From Octopus vulgaris (Eukaryota), in NCBI GenBank assembly GCA_951406725.2, contig OX597814.1, positions 93,062,001 to 93,126,000 on the forward strand: a stretch of DNA of 64,000 bases. Reading direction: 5' to 3'. Position 1 is the first letter of the stretch. Every line of letters begins with the position of its first letter. Made by a program: the position numbers and the translations under genes. Under the pieces are notes generated by a model that was given only the letters and a program-made list of their open reading frames with translations, searched no databases and had not been told where the DNA came from. Positions 12,655 to 26,397 of the stretch are shown here, piece after piece.

Positions 12655-12829
12655 GTGAGTTTTTTTTTGTTTTTCATTCTTTGTCTGAGAACTATGTTAT
12701 ATCAGTAATTTCAGTTGAATTTTTTGTCATCTAGCTGTAAGTATCCATAGAGTCTTAAAAGTTTGTGTTAGATGTGTTTATTTTAAAATAATTGGATGTG
12801 CGTGTGTATGTCTGTTAATATATATATAT

Positions 12830-13680
12830 AGGGAGAATTCATGAAAAAAAACAAAAGACGAAGACAGGTGGTGTAGAAAACAAATAGATGTATTAGTATA
12901 ACGCTCGGGAATTGAAAAAGTCTTTTACGTTTCGAGCCTATGCTCTTCCACAGAAAGGGACACAGAAAGAAACAAGGAGAGAAAAAAAATGTGTGTAGTG
13001 GCTACCGATCTATCATGGCGACTGCTGGACAGAAGGGTCACACAGGAAAAAGGAAAGAACAGAAAGTACAAGGAAGTTTAAAAAGTATAAAAATAATAGT
13101 TTTACGTAAAGTTTAAAAAATTCAAAGGTTTCAGACGTCCTGGTGTATTGCAAGAATTTTTCATCAAAAGTAGTGTCCAGAGTAATCCATAGGTAAGAGA
13201 GGTGCAGCCAGAGTGTAAAAAGTCCAAAGGAAAATCTGTAAAGGGTAGAAAGTCCAGTGGAGAAGTTCGTGGGTGATGAGAGGAGACATGATCAACTGGT
13301 GCGATCCAAGGATCGAGATGTAGGAAGTTAGTAAGCTTTGAGCAGTTCACAGAAGGTATAAAAAAACCGCTTGTAGGAACAAGAGTGGTTTATTGGCATA
13401 GAAGGTTGTAAATTTTTCCCATATTGAGGTTTGGTATGCTGAAAAACGTTATTTTATAGTTCATGGTTAGTAACTAGGGTTGCAGTGTATGCAAATTAAA
13501 ATCCAAATTGAGGGAATGAAGCAGGTAAAATCCAGGCTACTTATGTTTACTAGCTAGCAGAACCTTGGAAGTAATAATTACTCAGTGAGGGGTACTCCAC
13601 TAGCTACTCATCAGGCTGAAGTTAACTCACAGGAGATTTGATTGAAAATGAGTGGAAAACATGGAGTGAGAGAACAATAT
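12830..13680 (-). mobile_element. Penelope-like remnant with degenerate hammerhead (12920-12957), flanked by (TA)n
   Basis: Homologous to 615-870; (TA)n on both sides. Confidence 0.5.
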
Positions 13681-16466
13681 ATATATATATATATATATAT
13701 ATTTTGTGTGGTTTAGAAGTTTGCTTTGGAACCATGTGATTCTAGTTCAGTCTCACTGCACTATACCTTGGGCAAGTGTCTTCTACTATAGCTCCAGATT
13801 TACCAATGACAGAAACTGTATGGAAGCCTTTTGTGCATTTGTGTTTTTCTCTATCGCCACTGCTTGTCAACCGGTGTTGGCTTGTTTACATCTCTATAAT
13901 TTAGTGGTTCAGCAAAAATGACCAATAGAATCAGTGACAGACTTTAAAATTATTAAGCACTAGATGATAGATAAAGAATACACTGTAACAGTGTTATAAC
14001 AGTACAAAATAGAAACATCAGCAGTAACAAACATAATGGACCAACAATTTTTACAAACCAACAATCAATATTTCCAACACACTCACTCAAACTGTACCTG
14101 GACTTTGAGGACCAAACTACAAACTGCTGACTATATCAGACCTACTATTCATATGTAGTGGTTCCTTCTATTCCTGTCTGGGGGTGTCTATTCCTGTTTC
14201 ACTACAACAGACTTCTTTCCATTTCTAGTAACAAATCCATGGTTACTAGAAGACACTTGCTCCAGGTACCACACAGTAGGACTGAACCTGAAGCCACATA
14301 GTTGGGAAGTGAAACCTATCTGATCTTTGCACCTGAAACCTGTTTTTCCCTACTTGTTATTCACTCACTGTTCTTCATTCATGATATTCACCCCAATCCT
14401 TATTCCCCCCTCTCTCATATTACACATTTGCAAACTTACCCACCTATACTCCCAGTTCTTCTGCTTCCATTCACTTCTACTCACCTCATAACTTGAGATT
14501 CCCCTAGACACTTCATCACCACTTTTTTCATCTCTTCCTTGCTTCACCCTAAATACTTCCCACCCTCTCTTCTATAATATGAGTTGTCATGTAGCCCTCC
14601 TTCTGCAAGAAACCTGCTAACATAAAGCTACGTTTCTTGAGTTTTGTGCTCTTGGGAGCTGCTGGCAGCTCATATTTATTTGACATCATTAAGTGTTAAT
14701 GACTGTTAATGAAAGAAATGTAATTTGGGAATTTAAACTAAATAAGGAAATGTTAACTTAAGAGAGACAAAAGCATATTTGCATGAATAAGGAATTATTT
14801 TAAAATCTCTTGGTATTGATTTTGTTTGGTGCATTGGCCTTCAAAGGTTTGTCATTTGTTTGACACCTCAAAAGTATTTAGTAATGAATATTGATGAAGT
14901 ATAATGTGGAAATTACATTATTAAATTACAATGATGTATAGAAAATGTTAATGAATTTGAATGACATCATAATCCTCATGTAATGTCTATGTTCCATTGG
15001 ATGGTTGAACAGATCCGTTTAATCCAACAACTATATTGTGCTCCGATGTCTACTTTGACATGGTTTCTGTGGTTGGATGCCCTTCTTAATGCCAACCACT
15101 TTACATTGTGTAGTGGGTGCTTTTTGCTTTTTCATGCCAATATTGAGGTTGTCATGCAGCTTGCAAGACTATGACCCCCAAGGGATTGGGAAGTCAGATT
15201 TAAAATTATTACAGAAAATGGGGACAGAGCAGTAGAAGAACTGCATGGTTACTCACATTTATAGGGGTATGAGAAAATCATCAATAGGAACAGCAAAGAG
15301 ATAGATAGCAAAGATGAGGTATCCAGGTAGCCTCTCAAGGCATGAAATGAGCAGAAGTTGGGAGGTGGGTTTCAAGGTTGTAGTCATAATACTGTATTTC
15401 TTAAACTTCCATTCAACAGCAGTTCTACAGATACAAATACATCATAATCATTTGGATCTAATATATAATCCTTTGTTAATAGTATTAGCAAATTAGCAAC
15501 ATAAAGAAAATGATGTTGACACTTGTTTACAACTATCACACAATATTAAGATGAGGAAGCAGAAAACATGCACTCACTCACATATATACGACAAGCTCCT
15601 TTCAGTTTCTTATTTCTTCACTGCCCGCAAGGGGCTAAACACAGAGGGGACAAACAAGGACAGAAAAATGGATTAAGTCAATTATATCGATCCCAGTGCG
15701 TAAATGGTACTTAATTTATCGACCCCGAAAGGATAAAAGGCAAAGTCGACCTCGGCGGAATTTGAACTCAGAACGTAGTGGCAGATTAAATACCGCTAAC
15801 CATTTCTCTCGTAGCGTTAACGTTTCTGTCAGCTCATCGCCTTTCAGTTTCTGTCTCCTTTTCTTCTTTCAGTTTCTGTCTCCTCAATCCACATACATGG
15901 TTTTGTTTAGCCTGTGACCGTTGTGGGGGATACTTGATCAAGGTGCCACACAGTGGAACTGAACCCGAATCATTGTAGTTGAGAAGCAAACTTCTTAACC
16001 ATGCAGCTCTGTTTGTGGTGTGTGTATTTATTTTGAGTGATGTAACAACACGAAAACCTGTTGTATTGATTATGTTACTGTTTTTAAGAACTTTTTGTGC
16101 CAATACATATATTATGAAGTCTTGAATGTTTTCAGAACCTTACATAATAATTAGAAATAAAGCAATTGAAGACTCACCAAAATATGGAGCTAAATAAATA
16201 AATCTTTGTTCGTGTGTGTGTGTGTGTGTGTTTCAATAAATAATTGGATTCTATTGGAAATTGATTTATTTGTTCAGTCTATGACATGGCTTTTTTCATT
16301 TCCAACTTTGGATATTGGGACTTATTTACATAGACATCAATTATGTTGTATTTCACTACTTATTTCAACTATTTACTTATTTTAATTTCAGCTACTTCAT
16401 AACATTCTTACAAAAACATGAACAAAAAGTATTCAATATTTCCTTTTTTTTTGTATTTCTATTCAG

Positions 16467-16642
16467 GTTCAATTGGAGGGACGCTTCTCTTGTTTATCCT
16501 GCCCTGCATCTTTGAGTTGTCTCTGTGGTGGAAAAAATTGTCTGTTAAAGTAATAATCAAGAATGTGTTTATTGCATTGTTTGGTCTTCTTGGCAGCTGT
16601 CTTAGTCTGTATTCCATCCTAAGAAAGATGAGCCGATCCTGA
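16467..16642 (+). CDS. Amino-acid transporter, last coding exon
   Basis: TTCAG acceptor, phase 1; (G)SIGGTLLLFILPCIFEL...KNVFIALFGLLGSCLSLYSILRKMSRS-TGA, the typical Aa_trans C-terminal helices. The five exons total 749 nt in one frame. Confidence 0.92.
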
Positions 16643-17599
16643 AGCCATCCAGATAGCAGTTGCATGACATTGCATATCAGCTTACTTGGTCAGAATGTTA
16701 GGCAGTGTGTATATGTGCAAGTCTCTGAATCTATTTAAAATGTTTAACTAAGAAACAACAGCGAACATATCAATCACTGATGTCAGAAAATTTCTGCTGT
16801 ACCACGTTGGAGACAAGTAATTCTAGAGTAACAAGCCAACTTTGCCACAGCTGTTTTTAGGTAACTGGTTTGTACTGCTGTTCCATTGTTACTCTTAACA
16901 TCATTGAAATCTGTTGTAAACTCATATAAATGACAACAGCCAAATCACCTTAATATTATTGTATATTATTTTCTGGTTGATCTCTCATTCTTTATGAAGA
17001 AAAGGCTTTTATTCACAGAATTTCAAATTAGTATTCATCTGTTATGTTTTTTTTTTCTAAGTAATTCCCTTTTATTTTCTTAGCAGTGTTTGCTCAATTT
17101 AAAAAAAATGTATATATTACTTTTTTGTTTTTTTCTGTTTTTATATTTAATATAGATTTCTTTTCAATAAGACATGACATAAATTAAATTAAGTAAAGAA
17201 AAAGAGTTACGGAATTGAAAGATGACAAAGATATTTTCATTCTTTATTAGAATGAAAGCCAAAACGTATACACACGAAAAGCATATCATGAAATTGTTTT
17301 CTTTTATTTTTTTAATTAATGGCATATTGAGAAGAGAAAGCCTTCAGTTTTTTTCTTCTTTTTATTTTTGAGGAAATTCGTAACTAATTGGTGGAAATTA
17401 GTTTTTAAATACAATCGTAAAAAAATATGAATGAAAGATTTATTTATTTATTTGATAACACATTTGTGTGATATCACCGAAATGAAAAGGCACACAGTGT
17501 TACATAGATATGACTGTGTTTCTTAATTATATATAATATATATAATGTGTGTATGTTCATGTACATATATGCATATGATGTGGAGTATGTATATGTATG

Positions 17600-17750
17600 G
17601 TGTGTGTGTATGTATGTATGTATGTATGTATGTATGTATGTATATATATATATATATATATACACACACATAAATTAAAATCCAGATAATGGATTCATTG
17701 GATATTTTCTATCCCTTAAGATGGTTTTTTAACCTATTTAAATATATTGC

Positions 17751-17844
<94 letters not shown>

Positions 17845-17936
17845 TATATATATATGCAGTATATATATATATATATGCAGTATATATATATGTATATGCA
17901 GTATATGTATGTATGTATATGCAGTGTATGTATGTA

Positions 17937-17971
<35 letters not shown>

Positions 17972-18140
17972 GTGTGTGTGTAAATGCAGGATGTGTGTGT
18001 GTGTGTGTATATATATATATAAACGCAGAATATGTATGTATATATGTATACGCAGTGTGTGTGTGTGTAAATATATGTACATGCAGTGTGTATATGTTTG
18101 TATATATGTATACACAGTGTGCATATGTATATGCAGTGTG

Positions 18141-18190
<50 letters not shown>

Positions 18191-18282
18191 AACATATATA
18201 TGCTGTATATGTGTGTATATACATATATGTGAGTGTGTGTGTGTATATATATATATATGTGTATATATATATATATATATAT
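17600..18282. repeat. Compound (TATG)n/(TA)n/(TG)n microsatellite
   Basis: Directly visible; recurrent ATGCAG interruptions. Confidence 0.95.
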
Positions 18283-20769
18283 GTGTTCTTGACTACTATG
18301 TAGTCTAATAAAATGACAAAAATTGAATGTCACATTTCCATATTTTCTTTTGTTTTTCTTTTTCTCCTTTTTTTTTTTGTACTATTTGAGATTGTAACAT
18401 TTGGTCTTATTTCCCCAAATTACCAATGTAAACTGTCTGAATGTCATTGTATCGATATTGGGACCAATGGGAAAATATCAGTGTAAATTTTGCATCCATA
18501 TCCTGTTCCAATATACAAATTTATTGAAATTTATAACAAAAAAATAAGATAAAGCAAGAAAAAAACTGTTTTTTGTAAACAATATCATAAGTCTTTTTGT
18601 TATTACTTATACATATTATGTATATGTATGTATTTTATCCCTTTACTAGGTTTCAGTCATTGGACTATGGCCATGCTGGGGCACTGCCTTCAAAATGTAT
18701 ATATAATCAATATTTCATTGAATAGATATGTTTCTATTGATAGGGCAAAATATCTTAAGATGAAGACCATAACAGGGGTAATAAATTAGTTAATAAAGTA
18801 TGGCCTCAGAATTGATATATTATTATGTAAACTAGCTGCTAATCAGAGAAGTATGTGTGGTCACTTCGAGGTAATTTAAAAATTTTTTTAAATTGTCATT
18901 ATTGTATGACTAACTCTATCTAGCAAGGAGTTGGTGCTTGCAAATCCTGAATGGAAGATTATCTTTATTTGTTAATCTCCAATTTTGTATTAGTGTTGAT
19001 CAGACAAACTGACTGAAGTTTTCTCTTTGTTATAAAACTGCTGACTGAACACGTATTTTGATTTTACTGATCTGTACACTAGTATTCGTTTTAAAGCTGG
19101 TACAAGATCCTGTAAGCTTCAGTTAGAGAAGTTAGACCAAAAGTAATAAAAAAAGGGTTAGATAACAGTATATAAGACAGCACAAATGCTTATATATATG
19201 TGTGTGTGAGTGTGTATGTATATATTTATTCAAATTTGAAATAGAAGCAGCACTGGTGCAAAAAACATTATTGATCACATGTACTTAATGTATATATTAT
19301 ATGTATTTGCTGGCAGGCTATGATGAACAAGGTGTTAAAACACCTCAGAGTCATGGACAGTCAAGACAACTCGCCCTGGATTCCATTCATGAGTGTTGGA
19401 CAGCTCTGTTTCGTCAATTTTGTGGCTTATCAGCATCACATGCCTGAACTGAATTGGAGGTGACTCATACAGCCAATCCATGACTTATATATGCTGATAG
19501 TGTGAAACCTATGTATGAGCTGAACAGAGATGTGTATGGAAGAGATTAGCAGAGGCTGGATAGAAACGGTATTAAAGCAAGACAATGGTTAGAGGAGGAT
19601 TAAAGAAGAAATTTTAGTGAATGAAGGATTTGACTAAATAGTTATATGAGAAAAGACCTAGAGCTAAAGAGAAAATTGTTAAAGAAATTTATTAAAGAAA
19701 AAGACTTAATATTGGCAAGGAGTAAATTTTAATTGAATATTGGAGATGTTTTAAGAGAAATAAGAAAATGAGATATTAAACTATGAATTCATCACTTCCT
19801 TCTGAAACCTTAAATAATTGCTAACCTAAATATGCACCTGCATATACACACAGATATGCACAACGTTAAAATTTTTCTTTACATTCTATAATTTAATTTC
19901 TTCTGAAATACTGTGACAATACCAAAGTGTAAATCAGAAATATTGTCCAGTTCACACAGCAATATCCCTTTCCATTAAAAAAAAAAATGACATTTTTTTC
20001 TAATAAAAAATATATTTTTTCTTTTTTTCTTTCCTTTTTTGTTAAAAAAATGCCATGAGTTAGAAATACTTGTGTGTACAAGTAAATAAATCTACATATT
20101 TTCTCATTAAAAATCATTTAAAAAAAAACCCAGTTTTCGCTTTACTTATTTTTTGCTTTGTGTTGCTATGTTGATTGTTTTAAACAATATTCCATTGTTT
20201 ATTGCTTTTGTTCATTATGTGTTCATTTATGTAATGTTTTTTTTTATTATTCCTTGCTGGCAGTTTTGTCACAGCTTCTATCATTTTTACATACACATCA
20301 ATAGAAAATAGCTGATTAACTTTTGAGTTGTGTATGCTTTACTTGTAGACTAGATGTGTTTTATCATGCTCATAGCATTCAGGAAGGACAAAAGGGTCTC
20401 TTCTAGTTCAGTCTCTGTTCTTACTCAGGAATACTGTCCTTTAAAATCTGTAGCTTTCTCTGTGACTTATAGAGTCCTTCTACTTGCTCGTATGTCCACG
20501 TTTTGGTGTTTTCTACAACTGGATACACTCCCTGTTACCAACTACTTTACACAGCATGTTGGGTTTATTGTAACAACAGCACAAATGAGACTTTATGCAA
20601 AGAGAACTGAAGTATCTCTAATTACAAAAATGTATATGTATGTACAAGGCTTCTACATTTAAAATTCTCTCTCTCCACTTCGATCATAATTATCTGTAGA
20701 ATTTAATATTAAGCTAGTGGCAGTTATTAGGCAAGAATTAAGTTTCTTATTTAGTATTATTTTATGTTC

Positions 20770-21015
20770 TATATAGCCATGTTCCAATTGTCTTGATGTT
20801 TCACTTGACTCAGAATTCAGCATCCACAATGCCTACTAGAATGACAGCAAAATCCAGTACATTCAGAGATAATCTAACCATCCCCAAAGCATTAAAAATC
20901 TTATTAGGAACATATCTCTTAAGATTTTCTTCTTTATCTTCTAATGAGAAAATACTCAAATCAGTAGCTCCTTATAACGAAGCTCTCAGTAATAGTGGTT
21001 ACAAGGAAAAAGTTT
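20770..21015 (+). mobile_element. Penelope-like element ORF fragment (post-RT region)
   Basis: Translation RFSSLSSNEKILKSVAPYNEALSNSGYKEK resembles the RLS.LSS.E......P.Y..AL..SGY block of Penelope-like proteins (recalled motif). Confidence 0.6.
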
Positions 21016-21500
21016 ATCATCAACTTCCGGCGGTGTATATTTCATTTGTCACTGTTATTTATGACATATTTCATCTCAGTTACGTTTGTATGAATAAACG
21101 AGTGTATCTGAAGCATGTTTACTTCATGGCACCGCCACACTCGTTCGTGCATTTCTACTGCTTTTAGTTTTTCTTCCTGTTTTTCAGTTACTATTTTCGG
21201 AAAGACTTTTTTGCCACACCCTCCAATTTCTTCATTTTTCACTTTTTTCCGTAACTCTAATCCTAAAATCCCAACCCTAGCCCCAAAACCCCAACCTTAA
21301 CCCTAACCCTAACCCGAACCCTAACTCTAAAACCCTAGCCCTAACCATAAAACCCTAAAGCTAAAACCTGTACAAACGCACGAACGATGTCATAAATAAC
21401 AGTGACAAACGAAATATACACCGCCGATAGTTGTTGACAAACAACGGCAGTAATTCTATTCAGCTGAATACACGCCATTGATTGGTTGAAATTACCGAAA
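21013..21500. mobile_element. Non-autonomous element with ~55-bp inverted repeats and internal CCCTAA-like repeats
   Basis: 21013-21068 is the inverted partner of 21388-21441; degenerate (CCCTAA)n at 21252-21368. Confidence 0.65.
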
Positions 21501-22038
21501 TACGACGATTCACAGTCAAATCACTTGAAATTTTTTATTACCCCCACCTCGGTTATATTTTTTGGTTATTCTTCATTTTATTTTTATTTTCAAAATATTA
21601 TTTTACTTGTTTCCGTCATTGGACTGCGGTCATACTGGGGCACCGCCTTGAAAATTTTTATAGTCGAATGTATTGACCCCAGAATCTCTTTTAGGTGATT
21701 TTCAATCAGCACATAAAATTAAGCCTAGAAGGTCTCTCCTCATGCTAGAAATATCAGCTAAATCTTACAACTCTTTTTAATATAATTTCACGTAAACAAA
21801 AACGGAAATGGCAGTTGTAAAAAAAATTATTTTCCAATTTTTAAGTAAACAAAATATATGCAATCGAAAAACTGTATCAAAACATCTGTGTCCCTCACAA
21901 TGACATGTTCTGTGTGTTTCTTCGTTGTTAGAATAATTTTAAAGTTTGAAAATGAAAATAAATCAACCTTAACGTCAATAATAGTGCTGTTGAACTGTTA
22001 AGTGCAACAGAACACAAGACTCTTTACTACTCAATGTA

Positions 22039-23309
22039 CGAGGGACGTTCAATAAGTAATGCCCCTGACCCACTTGCAGTTGTTCGATCTAGCTGAAATT
22101 TTGCATGTGCAATTATTTATATCTCTATAGATTAAGTGGCAAATTACAGCTCTGAACTAATTGTGGTTTCTGATTTACAGGTGTTCAAACTGAGTCAAGT
22201 GTGAAATGGAGCCTGTTGAGTGTCGAGCAGTGATCCGGTTTTTGTATTTGAAAGGACGCACAGCACGAGTGACTTTTGATGAAATGAAAGTAACTTATGG
22301 TGAGGATGCCCCATCATATGACCTTGTAAAACGCTGGCATCGTGAATTCAAACATGGTCGGAACTCTGTGGAAACAGCTCCCAGATCTGGTCGCCCCCCT
22401 TCTGCCATTTATGAGGCATCTGTCCGTCAAGTTGAGGCTGCCATTTTGGAAGATCGACGCATAACAATTTGCCAAATAGCCCATCAGGTCAAGATTAGTA
22501 CCGGGTCTGTGGAAACTATCATTCATGACCATTTGCATATGCAAAAGGTGTCTGCCAGATGGATTTCCAGGTTGCTCACACCTTTCCAGAAGCAAGAACG
22601 CGTCGAGTGCTCGAGGATGAATTTGGAGATGTGCCAAGAAGATGAGTCAACATTTTTCAAAAGACTGATTACACAGGATGAAACCTGGGTCCATCACTAT
22701 GATCCAGAGACCAAAGCCCAGTCAATGCAGTGGAAGCACCGTGACTCACCACCTCCAAAGAAGGCAAGGGTGCAGCCTTTCGCTGGCAAGGTCATGCTCA
22801 CAGTCTTCTGGGACCAGGACAGAGTAGTGATGACAGATTTCCTGACAAAGGGTACCACAATTACAGGAGCCTATTATGCTTCACTTTTGAGGAAATTAAG
22901 AGAAGCTATCAAAATCAAGTGGCGGGGCAAGATTAGCAAAGGCATCCTCCTCCTGCAGGACAACGCTCCGGTCCACAACTCGCGTGTCGCCAGATCAGAA
23001 GCACAGGCGTGCAGCTATGAACTCCTCCCCTTGCACCCTCTGATTTTCACCTCTTCCCAATCATGAAGTTGTTTTTGAAAGGAAAGCGTTTCCCAGATGA
23101 TGCAGCCTTGATTTCTGAAGTTACGTCGTGGTTGGAGGACCAAACTGGGGTCTTCTACAAAAACGGTCTCCAGAGCTGCATCAAACGAGGGGAGAAATGC
23201 GTAACTCTGGGTGATTCCTATGTAGAAAAAGACTAATAACTGTGCCAAGTTTCGTTGCTCTACTACTATGGGAAGTGGGTCAGGGGCATTACTTATTGAA
23301 CGCCCCTCG
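22039..23309 (+). mobile_element. Near full-length mariner (irritans-like termini), 1271 bp
   Basis: ~36-bp TIRs CGAGGGACGTTCAATAAGTAATGCCCCTGACCCACTT, TA on both sides, transposase inside. Confidence 0.95.
22206..23236 (+). pseudogene. Mariner transposase, frameshifted
   Basis: HTH, RSGRP, VSARWISRLL, ITQDETW and LLQDNA motifs; a deletion near 23030 removes HPPYSPD and shifts frame; LAPSDFHLFP...YVEKD-TAA continues in another frame. Confidence 0.9.
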
Positions 23310-24207
23310 TACATATTTTCTGAATTCTAACAAAAGGGAAAGCATTTACTTCAAGAAATGTGTAGAGACATAAAAGCGATAAGAAGTACGTTTGAATGAC
23401 TATATATACACACATAAAATGAAAATAAATATTATACATGTCTCTAGCATGTTTTTTCTTCACCAAAACCAGAATTTGTCATTTTTATGGAGAAACACCC
23501 ATTTCCCTATTTAGGCAAACGATAAGAAGTGCGTTTGAATGACTAGCCTTCTGTTAGAGTTTCAACGGCCGGAGAAAGTTCAAAAGGTCAACTTATTCTC
23601 ATTAATCTGTAAGCGCTGAGAGAAGAAAACAAAACACTTTAAATATATATTTTAAAATGCTGATTTTTCTGCGACCATAAATTCTTCTAGCTAGTGCCCC
23701 AGCATGACCGCAGTCTAATGACTGAAACAAGTAAAAAGATTTTTAGAAAATAAAATAACCGAGGGGGGGGGGTATAAAAAATTTCAAGAGATTTAGCTGT
23801 TGTTTCTAGTACGAGGAGATACCTTCTAGGCTTAACTTCATGCGCTGGTTGAAAATCCTGAAAAAAAATTCTGGGGTCGATACATTCGACTAAAAATTCT
23901 TTAAGGTGGTGCCCCAGCATGGCCACAAGCCTAATAACTGTAATAAGTAAAACGATAAAAAAAATCTAGGGTCGATACGTTCAACTAAAAATTCGAAAAA
24001 TAAAATTCATTTTACTCGTGACAGGTACGATGAAGGAGTAGTGGTTGAGAATTCTTTAAAAATTCGAATTCGAAATGTTTCAGAATGTGAAATACAATAA
24101 AATAGTGGTAAAAAATCTATTGGTAACTGCTATTGCAGATGTACAATGATCGGGGCTTAGGGCCAGACTTCTAAAGCATGATTTAAAAAAATTATTTTTA
24201 AAAACGT

Positions 24208-24749
24208 CTCAGTCAATGTTGTTGACTGTGTTTTAGTTAAAGCTGCTACTTTAATTGAGTCTGTCTGGAGTTGCCTCTCTTCGGTATTTCCCGTTGATAA
24301 CGGCTAAAGAGCTAGAAACGCATCTGGGAATCAGGGGGAAGCACTGGACACTTATAGTGTTTTTACTCCTTTTTACTATAAGAGATTTTTTCTCCACAGT
24401 AGCTGCAATGAATTTGCCTTTAGAAGTTGAAATATGCCACAAACATTTTAACTAACCTAAAATTTGCTTATGCCTAAACACTGCTTGGCGCTGATACTGC
24501 TGTAATTTTTCCGACCTGGCGTTAGTGGTCTACTGGTGCAACTCAGTTAATGCTGTTGACCGTGTTTTAGTTAAAGCTACAGCTTTAATTAAGTCCAGAG
24601 TTGCCTCTCTTCCGTATTTCCCATTAATAAACGATTAATCAGTTAGACATGCGTCAGGAATCCGACAGAGGGCAGCACTGGACAGATATAGTATTTTTTA
24701 CACCTTTTTACCATAGGAGAGAATTTCTTCTCCACGCTAACTGCAGTGA
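24208..24749 (+). repeat. Diverged tandem repeat (period ~334 bp), each unit with a degenerate hammerhead
   Basis: 24208-24411 aligns with 24542-24749; hammerhead-like cores at 24288-24330 and 24618-24660. Confidence 0.7.
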
Positions 24750-26338
24750 TATAACAAATATGGTCAAGGTAAAAGGTTGCGTGAATCACTTTCCATTCCA
24801 GGAAATGGATGGAAAGTAAATAATCGAAAATCTTATTCGTCCAGAATGAAAAAGAAAAAGAAAAAAAAAAAAGAAACGATAAAGGAAATAGAAATTGTTT
24901 TATCAGTTAAACATAATAAAATCCATGTTATTGTTATGATTGTGGATAACAATGTTTTGATTGGTTTCCAAATTGTTGTTGTTTCTAACAGAAAGGTTGT
25001 AGTCCTCCATGGTGACCTTGATGTCAAATAGTGTCATGTAGTTTAGTTTTCATTTGGAGGTTATCGCACTGTCTCCTCCTCGTCTCACTCTCTCTCTGTA
25101 TATATTTCTCTCTCTCATACACACGTATATGCACACACACACACACACAACTCTCTCCCCCTCTTTCACACACACGCATGCACGCACTCACACACAAATA
25201 CACTCACACATGCACACATACATACACAAATTTGTTTGTCAATGTGTCAGGGATCTAAACTGAACTAAGTTGCTAATAAAGTAAAGTTATATTAAATCTC
25301 TCCGACAACAATAACGTTATCAACATCAACGATGCTAACCTCAGATGTTTATGCTTTAAAATATACGAGTTTTTCACATTTACTCATCTATAAACATTGT
25401 GCATTCTTGCAGGTGTAACATGTGTTATATATTAACTGACCTGTAACAGAAAAAAAGGTAAGAAATATTTATGGAAGATGGAGTGGTCAGGTGTGAGTAT
25501 GTCATGTATCACAGATGAGATGATATAAAAAAAAATCGAGAGAAGTGGTGATTTACCGTACTATAGACCTATCCAAACCGTATCAACATTTTATTCTTAT
25601 TCTTTGGAGTCTTTCATATATTTGAGACGTAGTCCCCCAAAATAGGAGAGACCGTTTCGTTGACTCTATCGTATTCACTTTCGCCTCTGGTCTGTCTCTG
25701 TCAAAAGATAAGTAGATTCAATAAATTTAATAGTGCGTCTATATAATAGTGTCAGGTTTTCATTTTTTTGATTGCACATAGACATCTATAGGATACCACA
25801 TCCGTTGTAGTCCTTTGCCTTTTCAACAACAGTACGCCTCATTGTAGACAGAAACTGTGAAGAAGTTTTTTCCATTCGAGTTGTAAATTCTTAATTATAA
25901 TATATCCTCTTAAATGCTTCATTAATTTCGATTTCAGTTTTTAACAAGTCAAATTTTCACCGGAAATATAAACCTTTTAATAAATTTGTCTATTATCGTC
26001 CTTTCACTATACTTTATGAATTTAAACCAACTAAATTCTTTCCGGCATTCTTTGAATGCTCCAAACAGAAGTGAATAGAATTTACTTTCCGTTCTCAATC
26101 TCACGGCAGTTAGTTGATGTTCTCTAAGAGTCAGAATATTGACATGTATTTGAGAACCGGACATTATGAAACTCTGTGCATTCCGATGCATTAACAGTAT
26201 TTTTGTTTGTTTTAAAAATACACTTATACCTATATAATGTTTGAGTTTATGTTTATAGCGGTCTTAAAACCTTCGTTGTTGTTTATGTAGTACATCTCTA
26301 TGTTTCTTAAAATAGCAGTTTGACAAAGATAAATTGAT

Positions 26339-26397
<59 letters not shown>

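Noticed and set aside
19320-19465. Short ATG-initiated ORF of about 47 codons in a less AT-rich patch
   Set aside because: No recognisable motif or second exon; could arise by chance.
21252-21368. True telomere or chromosome-fusion scar
   Set aside because: The tract is short, degenerate and enclosed by inverted repeats of a mobile element.
25600-26200. Possible GIY-YIG/Penelope C-terminal remnant on the minus strand
   Set aside because: Only a vague resemblance with many stops; needs a profile search.
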